The translations under genes were made by a program, and so were the position numbers. A stretch of 64,000 bases of DNA, from positions 1,088,001 through 1,152,000 of the forward strand of contig CAVYGB010000008.1 of the NCBI GenBank assembly GCA_963767925.1. Direction: 5' to 3'. This DNA comes from an uncultured delta proteobacterium. Its GTDB lineage: Bacteria > Myxococcota_A > Polyangia > Fen-1088. Below, in pieces: positions 40,566 to 50,000 of the stretch (position 1 is the stretch's first letter; each line of letters begins with the position of its first letter). The notes beneath the pieces are model-generated. The model worked only from the letters and a program-made list of their open reading frames with translations. It searched no databases and was not told the origin of the DNA.

Positions 40566-43500
40566 CTACCGGCAGGCCAGGACCTGCTGCAGCCGCTTGC
40601 GGCTCGCGGCCAGGCGATCGTCCTTTTCCCGGTCGTCGAAGGTGTAGGCCAGCCGCATGTCGGGCGTGAGCTTCCAGCGGCTCCCCTTGTCCTGGACGAG
40701 GCGCATGATCTTGGCAGGGGCCAGGCTCGCCTCGGTCCCCAGGCTCAAAACCAGCCGGGTGGGGCCCAGGTCGTAGGCCTGGGCGCCCATCTTCCGCAGC
40801 AGGGTCTTCTGAGCCATGACCTCTCCCAGGAGAAGCGCCTCCTCGGGCAGCGCCCCGTAGCGGTCTTCGATCTCTGCCAGGGTCGCCCGAACGTCGTCCT
40901 CGTCGCCGGCCTGGGCGAGCCGCCGGTAGAAGTCCAGGCGCTGCCCGGTGTCGGGCACGTAGTCGTCGGGCAGGAAGGCGGGAACGTCCACCGAAACCTC
41001 GGGGTCCTGCTCGCGCTGGATCGGTTGACCCTGCAGCTCGGCCACCGCCTCCTCGAGGATGCGCACGTAGGTGTCGAACCCCACCGCCGCCACCAGGCCA
41101 TGCTGGCGTTCACCCAGCAGATCCCCCGCCCCCCGGATCTCGAGGTCGTGGGTCGCGATCTGGAAGCCGGCCCCCAGCTCGGTGAAGCGCTGCAAGGCCG
41201 CCAGGCGCTGCTTGGCCTCGGCGGAGAGGGCCGACTCGGCCGGCACCACCAGGTAACAGAAGGCCCGCTCCCGGGCCCGTCCGATGCGGCCCCGGAGCTG
41301 ATAGAGCTGGGCCAGCCCGAAGCGCTCGGCCTGGTTGACGATCATCGTGTTGGCCCGGGGGATGTCCAGCCCCGACTCGATGATTGTGGTCGAGCACAAC
41401 ACGTCGTAGCGGCCGTCGACGAAGTCGTACATGACCTTCTCGAGCTCCCCCTCCGCCATTTGCCCGTGAGCCATTGCGACGCGGGCGCTGGGCACCAGGG
41501 CCTCGATCTTCTTGCACCACTCGGCCAGGTCCTGCACCCGGCTATGCACGAAGAACACCTGGCCCCCCCGGGCCAGCTCCTTGGTGATCGCCTCGGTCAG
41601 GAGGGCGGGGTCCCAGTGGCAGAGGAAGGTCCGGATGGCGAGCCGGTCGGCCGGCGGGGTGGCGATGATCGAGATCTCGCGCAGGCCGCTCATCGCCATC
41701 TGCATGGTGCGAGGGATGGGGGTGGCGGTCAGGGTCAACACGTCGAGCTGCGAGCGCAGCTCCTTGAGCCGCTCCTTGTGGGTGACCCCGAAGCGCTGCT
41801 CTTCGTCAATGACACAGAGCCCGAGGTTCTTCCAGCGGACGTCCCGGGACAGGACCCGGTGGGTCCCGATGACCACGTCGAGCGAGCCGTCGGCCACCGC
41901 CGCCACCGTCCGCTTCTGATCCTTGGGGCTGCGGAAGCGGGACAGCGAGCCGACCCGCACCGGGAAGTCCCGCAACCGTTCGGAGAAGGTCACGAAGTGC
42001 TGCTCGGCCAGCACGGTGGTGGGGGCCAGCACCGCCACCTGGAACCCGCCGAGCACGGCCAGCAGGGTGGCGCGCAGGGCTACCTCGGTCTTGCCGTAGC
42101 CGACATCGCCGCAGATGAGCCGATCCATCGGCGTGTCGGCCTGCATGTCGGCCAGCACCGCCTCGATGGCCTTCTCCTGATCGGCCGTCTCCTCGAAGGG
42201 GAAGGTCTCCTCGAACTCGCGAAACACCAGGTCGGGCGGGGCGAAGGCGTGGCCGGGCAGGGCGCGCCGCTGGGCATAGAGCTGCAGGAGCTGCTCGGCC
42301 ACCTTGCGGGCCTCCAGCGAGACGCGCCGCCGTTTCTCCTGCCAGGTCTTGCCGCCCAGCTTGTCGAGGCGGGCCACGTCGCCCGGTCCGCCCACGTAGC
42401 GGCGGACCATGCCGATGCGGTACACCGGCACGTACACGCTGCCCCCGTCGTATTCGAGGTGCAGGAAGTCCTGCGCCACCCCTCGCACCTCGAGCTTCCG
42501 GAGCCCACGGTAGCGGCCCACCCCGTGCTCTTCGTGGACCGCCAGGTCCCCCTCCGAGATCTCGCCGAGGTCCCCCAGGCCGGGAGTCCGGGAGGGGCGG
42601 CTCTCACGCTGGGCTCGGGCCCCGAAGATCTCCGCCTCCGCGATGAGGGCCAGCCGATCGGCGGGCAGGCGGAAGCCGTGGGCCAGCGACCCCACCACCA
42701 CGCTGAGCCGGGGTCCGCTGTCCGCCTCCGCGAGCAAGGCGTCGACAGTCGTCGGGCTGGGCTGCCCGGCCGGGGCCAGTGTGGGCTCCAGCCCGAGCGC
42801 GGTGAGCAGGCCGGCCAGCCGATCGGCGTGGGTCCGGTTGCCCGCCACCAGGACGACCTTCATGCCCTCGTCGACGAACCGGTCCAGCCGGGCCCGCAGG
42901 GCCTGACCGAGCTGGGTGCCGGCCCCCGCCGCGGCGTCGTCCGCCTTGCGCCGCTCGGCGAGCTCGGCGCGCAGGCTCGTGTTCGAGTCGGCCGAGACGC
43001 GCACCGCCAGCTCGGCCGGGTCGGCCTCGACCGGGAGATCGAGGGGGCGCAGCTCCACCCGGGCCCGCGGGGTCAGCTCTTCCCGGGCCTGCTCGACGTC
43101 GAGGAAGAACTCGGCGGGGGCCAGCGCCAGGCGGTGTTCGGCTCGCCTCCGTTCGGCCCCCTCGCGCAGCCGGCTGGCGTTGCGCCGCAGCTCTTCCCAG
43201 ATGGCCTCCGGGTCCTCGACGACGAACAGCGCCTCGGGGGGCAGGTACTCGAGGGCGCTGACCATGTCGCGATGGAAGACCGGGGCCAGCGACTCGACCC
43301 CGAAGAAGTCCTCCCCGGCGTCGAGTTGCTCGAGCAGGTGGCGGATCTGGCTCGAGGGGACCGAGGCGGCATCGGCCGCCGCCAGGATGCGCGCTCGGGG
43401 CTCGGCCCCCTCGGTGACGATGGTCTCGCGAACGGGATGCAGGCGGGCTTCGCTCAGCTTGCGCAGGGTACGCTGGGTGCTGGCGTCGAACAGCCGGACC

Positions 43501-44162
43501 GACTCCAGCTCGTCGCCGTCCAGCTCGAGCCGCAGGGGGTGCCGGTACACCGGGGGATAGACGTCGAGCACGGCCCCCCGCACCGCGAACGACCCGGGAT
43601 CCTCGACCACCTGGACCCGGGTGTAGCCGGCCCGGACCAGGCGGCCGATGAGGGCCTCCCGCTCGAGCCGCGTCCCGGCCCGGACCTCGAAGCAGAGCTT
43701 CTCGAACTCGCTCCGCCGGAGCACGCGGCGCCACAGCCCGGCCGCCGACACGACGAGGATGGCGGGTGGCCGTCCCCCGGCGAGCTGGGACAGCACGGCC
43801 ATGCGCCGCATGATGGTCCGGCGCTCGGGCTGGATCTCCGCGTAAGGCGAGCTGTCCAGCGCGGGGAGGAGCTCGACCCGGGCCGGCACCAGGGGGTCCT
43901 CGCTCGTCGCCTTGTGGGGGAGGAAAAATCCCACGTCCGCGACCCGGGCCTCGGCCAGCCGCTCGTCGGCCACCAGGTACACGAGGGTCGTCCGGCGTCC
44001 GCTGCCAGACAGGTGCCCGGCGATGGCCGCCCCCAGCGCGCCATCGGCGCCGACCACGCGCGCCAGGCGCGAGCCGCGCCCCAGCGCGGCCTGCAAGCTG
44101 CGCAGGGTCTCGCGCAGGCCGAGCTGCGGAGGTGGGTGCGATACCGGTGCCGGGGCGGACAT
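40566..44162 (-). CDS. mfd: Transcription-repair coupling factor
   Basis: PGSFAVRG..D, VHEEHGVGRY (CarD-like RID), CGDVGYGKTEVA, DEEQRFGV, TATPIPRT, QLRGRIGR, HDLEIRGAG. Confidence 0.97.
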   Translation of the reverse strand: MSAPAPVSHPPPQLGLRETLRSLQAALGRGSRLARVVGADGALGAAIAGHLSGSGRRTTLVYLVADERLAEARVADVGFFLPHKATSEDPLVPARVELLPALDSSPYAEIQPERRTIMRRMAVLSQLAGGRPPAILVVSAAGLWRRVLRRSEFEKLCFEVRAGTRLEREALIGRLVRAGYTRVQVVEDPGSFAVRGAVLDVYPPVYRHPLRLELDGDELESVRLFDASTQRTLRKLSEARLHPVRETIVTEGAEPRARILAAADAASVPSSQIRHLLEQLDAGEDFFGVESLAPVFHRDMVSALEYLPPEALFVVEDPEAIWEELRRNASRLREGAERRRAEHRLALAPAEFFLDVEQAREELTPRARVELRPLDLPVEADPAELAVRVSADSNTSLRAELAERRKADDAAAGAGTQLGQALRARLDRFVDEGMKVVLVAGNRTHADRLAGLLTALGLEPTLAPAGQPSPTTVDALLAEADSGPRLSVVVGSLAHGFRLPADRLALIAEAEIFGARAQRESRPSRTPGLGDLGEISEGDLAVHEEHGVGRYRGLRKLEVRGVAQDFLHLEYDGGSVYVPVYRIGMVRRYVGGPGDVARLDKLGGKTWQEKRRRVSLEARKVAEQLLQLYAQRRALPGHAFAPPDLVFREFEETFPFEETADQEKAIEAVLADMQADTPMDRLICGDVGYGKTEVALRATLLAVLGGFQVAVLAPTTVLAEQHFVTFSERLRDFPVRVGSLSRFRSPKDQKRTVAAVADGSLDVVIGTHRVLSRDVRWKNLGLCVIDEEQRFGVTHKERLKELRSQLDVLTLTATPIPRTMQMAMSGLREISIIATPPADRLAIRTFLCHWDPALLTEAITKELARGGQVFFVHSRVQDLAEWCKKIEALVPSARVAMAHGQMAEGELEKVMYDFVDGRYDVLCSTTIIESGLDIPRANTMIVNQAERFGLAQLYQLRGRIGRARERAFCYLVVPAESALSAEAKQRLAALQRFTELGAGFQIATHDLEIRGAGDLLGERQHGLVAAVGFDTYVRILEEAVAELQGQPIQREQDPEVSVDVPAFLPDDYVPDTGQRLDFYRRLAQAGDEDDVRATLAEIEDRYGALPEEALLLGEVMAQKTLLRKMGAQAYDLGPTRLVLSLGTEASLAPAKIMRLVQDKGSRWKLTPDMRLAYTFDDREKDDRLAASRKRLQQVLACR

Positions 44163-44229
44163 TGGGCTGGGCTTTTTACCTCACGTCGGGCGGGCGAGCC
44201 GACGCCGCGTTGCCTTCGCGGTGGGCGTG

Positions 44230-44258
44230 TTGACCCCCCCTGCCGGGCGGGCTATCGT
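44230..44258 (+). promoter_or_regulatory. Candidate sigma-70 promoter of the IPT/TIG lipoprotein
   Basis: TTGACC - 17 bp - TATCGT. Confidence 0.55.
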
Positions 44259-44283
44259 CCAGTCCTCGGAAGGGGCCAGCCAC

Positions 44284-44718
44284 ATGAAAATTTTGCCGTC
44301 ATTGTCGGTGTTTGCGGTGATGCTGTCGCTGGCCGCCTGCCAGAGCAAGGGCCAGCTCACGATCGACGAGGTCGAGCCCAACACGGGGATAACGCCCGGC
44401 GGGGACCAGGTCGTCATCAAGGGCGCTGGCTTCGAGCCGGGCAAGACCCAGGTCGAGGTGCGCTTCGGCCGGGCCAAGGCCGACCAGGTCAGCATCACCT
44501 CGGCCGGCACCATCGTGGTGGTGACCCCGCCCGGGGACAAGGGGCCGGTCGATGTCACGCTGATGTTCGACCACGGCCCCCAGTTCAAGATCCCCCAGGG
44601 CTTCCGCTACGTCCCGACCACGACCGCGGACGACGTGCGCAAGGCGTTCTACTCGAACACCCCGCCCGGCACAAAGGCCGGCCAGACCAACACCGCCACG
44701 ACTCCGCCGCCCAAATAG
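44284..44718 (+). CDS. IPT/TIG-domain lipoprotein
   Basis: Lipobox LAAC; IDEVEPNTG..GGDQVVIKGAGF..VRFG..IVVVTPPG..GPVDV..FRY. Confidence 0.85.
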   Translation: MKILPSLSVFAVMLSLAACQSKGQLTIDEVEPNTGITPGGDQVVIKGAGFEPGKTQVEVRFGRAKADQVSITSAGTIVVVTPPGDKGPVDVTLMFDHGPQFKIPQGFRYVPTTTADDVRKAFYSNTPPGTKAGQTNTATTPPPK

Positions 44719-44758
44719 GGTCAGCGAGGCGGGCGGGGGGCGCGGGCAGCGCCGTCGA

Positions 44759-45934
44759 TCAGCGGAACGACGCCCGGAAGAGCTGCTGCCCCATGAGCAG
44801 CAGGCTCCCCGAGGGGATCACCCGGTTGCCCCGGATGCGGAAGAAGGTGCCGTTGGAGGATCCCAGATCGGAGAGGAAGACCTCGCTGTTGCGCAGCGTG
44901 ATCTGGGCGTGGGTGCCCGAGACGTAACCGTCCTCGGGAAACAGGATGTCTCCGCGCTCCCGCCCCAGCACGACGGCCTCGTCGAACAGGGGGAAGGCCG
45001 GGCCGTCGACGTCGCGGCCCACGATCACCGACACCCGCCCCCAGAAGCCCGGATTCGGGGTCCCGATGATCTCGGTCCCGTCTTCGAGCGGCACCGGCGC
45101 CGAGATGGCATCGAAGCGGAGCAACTCCTGACCGATGCGCAGGATGTCCCCCGACTCGAGCTTCTCCTCGTGCGTGATCTTGATGAAGACCCCGTTGAGG
45201 CTGCGCAGGTCCCGGACGACGAGCCCCTCGGCGGTGAAGGTGAACTCCGCGTGGCGCGGTGACAGGTAAGGGTCGGCATCGAACAGGGACCCCTGTCCGC
45301 GGCCGATCAGGTTCTCCGCCTCGTGCAGCGGATGGACCCCCCCTTCGGTCCCGTCGGGACGGATGAGGGTCAGGTGGCCACGGGGGGCCGGCCGGGCCGA
45401 GGGGACGCCCGAAGCCATGTACATGGTGCGGGCGGCCGAGACGGCGCCGCCGGCGGCAGGTTTCATGCGCTGGCCACAGGACCCGCAGAAGGCGTAGGTG
45501 GAGACCACCATCTTCCCGCAGGAGGGGCAGGCGATCATGTCTCGCGCTCCCACCGTTCCGCTGCCCGCGCCATCGGTCAGGGGCTGGATGGGGGCCGGTG
45601 ACAGCGGGCCGGGGGAGGGGGTGGGTGTGAGGATCGACCCGCTCACCCCGCCCGGGCGCTTGGAGACCCCCGAGGGGGTCGGCTGAAAGACCGCCTGGGC
45701 GCCGGGGATGCCGGCCGGAACCGGGGGCAACACGGGCGCGGGGCCCATCCCGGCGGTCAGCGCGGGGCCGGGCGACGGTGGGGTCTTGGTGCGGACCGGG
45801 CCGGTCGGCTCGCCAGGCGGAGCGGCGCCGACCGCCGGCGGGGGCGCCGCGGGAGCCTCGAGCTTGGCGCCGCACCCCAGGCAGAACTTGTAGTGTTTCT
45901 GGTTCTCTTTTCCGCAGCGGGCACAGGTGATCAC
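44759..45934 (-). CDS. Double Zn-ribbon + Pro-rich linker + tandem FHA protein
   Basis: CARCG..FCLGCG; CPSCG..FCGSCG; FHA1 IGR..SPRH..NG; FHA2 LGR..SGTH..SSNGT. Confidence 0.88.
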   Translation of the reverse strand: MITCARCGKENQKHYKFCLGCGAKLEAPAAPPPAVGAAPPGEPTGPVRTKTPPSPGPALTAGMGPAPVLPPVPAGIPGAQAVFQPTPSGVSKRPGGVSGSILTPTPSPGPLSPAPIQPLTDGAGSGTVGARDMIACPSCGKMVVSTYAFCGSCGQRMKPAAGGAVSAARTMYMASGVPSARPAPRGHLTLIRPDGTEGGVHPLHEAENLIGRGQGSLFDADPYLSPRHAEFTFTAEGLVVRDLRSLNGVFIKITHEEKLESGDILRIGQELLRFDAISAPVPLEDGTEIIGTPNPGFWGRVSVIVGRDVDGPAFPLFDEAVVLGRERGDILFPEDGYVSGTHAQITLRNSEVFLSDLGSSNGTFFRIRGNRVIPSGSLLLMGQQLFRASFR

Positions 45935-45965
45935 GACGTACTCCCAGGCGTTGTGTCAGCGTGTG

Positions 45966-46952
45966 TCATGCGACCTCCACGCGCAAGAGCTGCTGGCCGA
46001 TGAAGACGAAGTCGCCGTTCACCAGGGGCGCCTCCTCCGCGATCCGGATGAAGGTGCCGTTCTTCGATCCGAGGTCCGTCAGGGTGAACAGCCCGTCGGC
46101 CCCGATCCCCACCTGGGCGTGCCGGCCCGAGATGAACGGATCGTCGGGGAAGTTGACGTCGCTGCCCTCGCGCCCGATCGAGATGGTGTCGCCCCGCGCG
46201 CGGTAGATGATCCCGATGCCCCCGCCCCGCAGGCGCTGGGTCAGTCGCATCTTGGAGGCGCGCCGGGGGCTCGCGTAGTAGTAGGTGCCCTCGGCGTCGG
46301 GCTGGGGGCCGAAGTCGGGGGCCGAAGCCTCCACCTGGAGGAGCTGCTCGCCGACCAGGAACAGGCCCCCCGATTCGATGGGGACGGCGTTGCGGATGCG
46401 GACGAAGACTCCGTTTGTCGACCCTTCGTCGCGAACCAAGAGCTTGCCGTCGCGGTAGATGAAGTTGGCGTGCCGGGGCGACAGGAGGGCGTCTTCCGGG
46501 AACAGGATGGCCCCTTCGACCCGTCCGACCAGGTGCTCGTTCCCGTTGAGCTGGTAGCTGATGCCGTCGCCGTTGTCCCCCTTGACCAGGACCAGCTTGG
46601 CCTTGCTCTGCTGCTGTAGGCCCGAGAAGTACATGGTCTTGCTGGGACCGGTGGGAGGCGCGGGGTCCGCCGCGGCCAGCCGGGCGCCACACTTGCCGCA
46701 GAAGCGGTCGTCGACCGGCACCGGGTTGCTGCAGCCTGGGCAGTTCTTCATCGACATCGAGGCCTCCATGCGGGCAGCGCCCTCCCCTGGGTTACCTCCC
46801 CCGCGAGGCTCGATGGGGTGGACCGGCGCTTTGGACCCGGCGCCCGCCACGGCGACTCCATTCCAGCCGAGAGCCGCCCCGCAAGCGGGGCATCGGGCAA
46901 CTCCGAGATCCGTCAGTGCATCGCACTGGGGACAAACGAATCCGACGGGCAT
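45966..46952 (-). CDS. Double Zn-ribbon + tandem FHA protein (paralogue of its neighbour)
   Basis: CPQC..CPACG; CPGC..FCGKCG; FHA1 VGR..SPRH..STNG; FHA2 IGR..SGRH..SKNGT. Confidence 0.88.
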   Translation of the reverse strand: MPVGFVCPQCDALTDLGVARCPACGAALGWNGVAVAGAGSKAPVHPIEPRGGGNPGEGAARMEASMSMKNCPGCSNPVPVDDRFCGKCGARLAAADPAPPTGPSKTMYFSGLQQQSKAKLVLVKGDNGDGISYQLNGNEHLVGRVEGAILFPEDALLSPRHANFIYRDGKLLVRDEGSTNGVFVRIRNAVPIESGGLFLVGEQLLQVEASAPDFGPQPDAEGTYYYASPRRASKMRLTQRLRGGGIGIIYRARGDTISIGREGSDVNFPDDPFISGRHAQVGIGADGLFTLTDLGSKNGTFIRIAEEAPLVNGDFVFIGQQLLRVEVA

Positions 46953-46960
46953 CCGATTCG

Positions 46961-46988
46961 ATCATGCTCTTGGGCTCGGACCTGTCAA
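46961..46988 (-). promoter_or_regulatory. Candidate sigma-70 promoter of the FHA gene pair
   Basis: Minus strand TTGACA - 16 bp - CATGAT, 8 nt before the ATG at 46952. Confidence 0.55.
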
Positions 46989-47057
46989 TAAGAACGGCAA
47001 GGTTATTGCCTGATGGGAGCCCAAGAACGGACGCAACGGACGCCTTCACCTTCACCT

Positions 47058-50000
47058 TCACCCGCCGCCCGGACGGGGGCGCGCTGTCGCTGGACCGACT
47101 GCGGGACCGACATTGTCCGCCGGGCGGCTCCCGGCCGACGCTCGCCGGGCGGCCGCCCGGACCAGCGGGCTCGGGTCTTCGAGCGCGGGCCGCAGCAGCG
47201 GATCGGGTGGCTGACCGGCCAGGCCCAGGGCCTCCACCGTGGCCAGCCGGACCGACCATGCGGGGTGGGCGAGGAGCCGGGGCGCCTGCTGCCACAGCCG
47301 CTGGCTGTCGAGCGCCGTCCACTGTCCCCGGCTCCGGAGGGCGGCCAGCGCCTGCAGGGCCACCTGAGCCGGATCGAGGCCCTCGAGGTCGGCGGCGCCG
47401 CTCGCCTGGGCGGGACCGCGCCCGGCCGCCTCCCGGAGCGCGGAGACGATGTGGGTGCTCGTGATCCGGCCGTCCTGCAGGCGGGTCGCCAGCCGCAACG
47501 CCCTCAGTCGCACAACGGTGTCCGGGTCGGTCAGCAGCCGGCCGAGCGACTCCCGCAGCCGGGCGGCCAGCGCCGCCCGCGGTCCAGCCAGCCCGCCGCT
47601 GGCGGCGCTGCCGTCGAGCGTGACGAGCGCGCGCCGCCGGTCCTCGACCCGTCCCCGCAGGGCAGCCTCGAACAGCTCGGCGATCTCGCCGGCGTGCTCG
47701 ACGAAGAGGCCCTCCACCTCGACCTCGGCGTCGCGGGGCAGGGCACACAGCTCGTCGAGCAGGGGGCCCGGATCCAGGCGGTCCCCCCGGATCGAGGGCG
47801 CGTCGTCGGGGATGGCCGCCTCGGAGGCGTGGGTGGCGAGGGCGAGGGCGGCGACCTCCTGGCTCTGGCCGCCACCGAGCAGGGCGCGCCGCCAGAGCCC
47901 CGCGAGCGCGCTCCGTTCCCGCAACACACCCACCGCACAGGCGGCCGAACGGGCCAGCAGGGGGTCGGAGGCGTCGAGCAACGGGAGCAAGGTCCCGTCG
48001 GGATCCGGCGCCCGCGCCATCGCCAGCCCCACGAGGGCCGCCCGGCGGGCGTCGACCGGGCGGCTCGCATCGAGGGCCATGCTGCGCAGGGCCTGGCTGG
48101 CGCTGCCGGTCCCGAGCCGCCCGAGCCCGAGCGCCGCGAAGGCGGCCACCTCGCCGCGGGGATCCCGGGTCGCCGTCCGCAGGCTCGCTTCCGCCTCGAC
48201 CATCTCGAGTCGGCCGAGCGCCCACACCGCCGCCGCCCGCAGCCGGGCCTCCGGGTGGACGCTCAGCTCCAGCAGCCGGGCGAGGGCCGGGCGCGCCTTC
48301 AAACGGCCGAGCGCGACGAGCGCCGCGACCGCCACCCGCTCGGCCTGGGCGGTGTCGACCAGGTCGCTCGCGTCGGCCCGGGGGTCCCCGGCCACCGGGA
48401 CCGCCTCTGGCTCGGGGTCCCGGTCCACCTCGAGCAGCCGGAGCAGGGCCGGCAAGACGTCCCGATTTCCTGCCATCCCAGCCAGCTCGATGACGGCCGG
48501 ATCCGGCGCTCCGTCGGGGTCGATCAAGACGGCGATGAGCGGGCGGCTCGCCCCACCCGCCAGATCCAGCCAGCGCGCGCGGGCCCCCTCGTCGCGGCCG
48601 GCCCGGCGGTAGAGCGCGGGCAGGACGCGGCGGTACACCTCGACGACGAGGCGGCGCTCGCCCGCGCTGGCCGCGACCGGCTCGGCCGCCAGCCGTTCGA
48701 GCAGGTCGGGCAGCTCTCCCGCGTATTCCGCGATGTCGAGCTCCCGCGCGATCAGATCGGCCCGGGTTTCTGGATCCGAGCTGTTCCGCCCGGCGGCGCG
48801 CAGCACATCGAGGGCCTCCGCCGCCTGCCCCCGCCGCACCAGGAGGTCGGCGGCCGAGAGGGCGGCCTTGGCCGAGGCCGGCTCACCGAGCGCAGCCCGG
48901 AGGCTCTCCAGCGCCAGGTCGGGCTGGCCGGCCCGGTCCTGCAGCTCGGCCGCTCGGAGCAGCACCTCGGGCGCCCGCCTGGCCAGCTCGACCGCCCGGG
49001 AGGCGGCGGCCATGGCCGCCTGGTCCTCGTAGCGCTCCAAACGGATCTCGGCGATCTGCAGCAGCGCCTCGGGGGCCCGGGCCGGGACCTGGTCGGCGAA
49101 GCGCTCCAGCCAGGTCACCGCCCGGTCGGTCTGGCGGGACTGGCGCAGCAGCCGCACGAGCATGAGCACCAGCTCGGCGTCCCCCGGTGCGGACCCGCAG
49201 GCCGCGGTGAGGGTCTGGACCGCCTCGGCCGGCGCCTGCAGCTTGAGCTGCAGCTCCGCCAGGAAAAGCGCCGCCTCGCGGTCCTCGGGGTGCCGACCGA
49301 CCCGGTCCTTGAGCAGGACGGTCTCTGCCCGCAACCGCTCGCGGCCCTCCCGGGCCAGCAGGTTGACGATGCGCGCCCGCGCCTCCCGGCGCTCGTGGCT
49401 GCGCTGCGGGCCCAGGCTCTTTTGCAGGACCGACCGCCACTCCGAGACGGCCGCGGACAGCTCCCGCTTCTTCTCCAGGATGCGGGCGAGCGTCCGGTGG
49501 TGGGCCGGCTCGGCGGGCTCGAGCCGCTGCGCCGCGCGGGCCAGCGGCAGGGCCTCGTCGAGCAGGTCGTGGTCGCCCAGCAGCTCGGCCAGACGGGCGT
49601 GGGCGGCCGCGGGTGGCTTGACCACCCGGAGCAGGCCCTGCCAGGTGCGGCGGGCCAGCTCGCGCCGGCCGGACTGGAAGTGGGCCTCCCCCAGGCCGAC
49701 GATGGCCCGCTCGTCGCGGGGGTCGAGCGCGAACAGGGCGTCCCAGCAGGCCAGCACCCGCTCCCCCTCGTTCCAGCGCGAGGCCAGATCCGCCAGCCGG
49801 ACCAGCGCGGGGGGCGAGCGCCGCAGCCGCCGGAGGGCCTGATCGAACCGCCGCTGGGCGTCCTGGCGCTGCCCGCGGCGGTACTTGCGCTCGATCATCT
49901 CGAGGACCGTGTCGGTGTCGACGCCCAGGCGGGCGACGCTGGCCTCGTAGACGCGGGCCACCTCGTCGTCGCGGCCCAGGCGATCGAGCAAGGCCACCAG

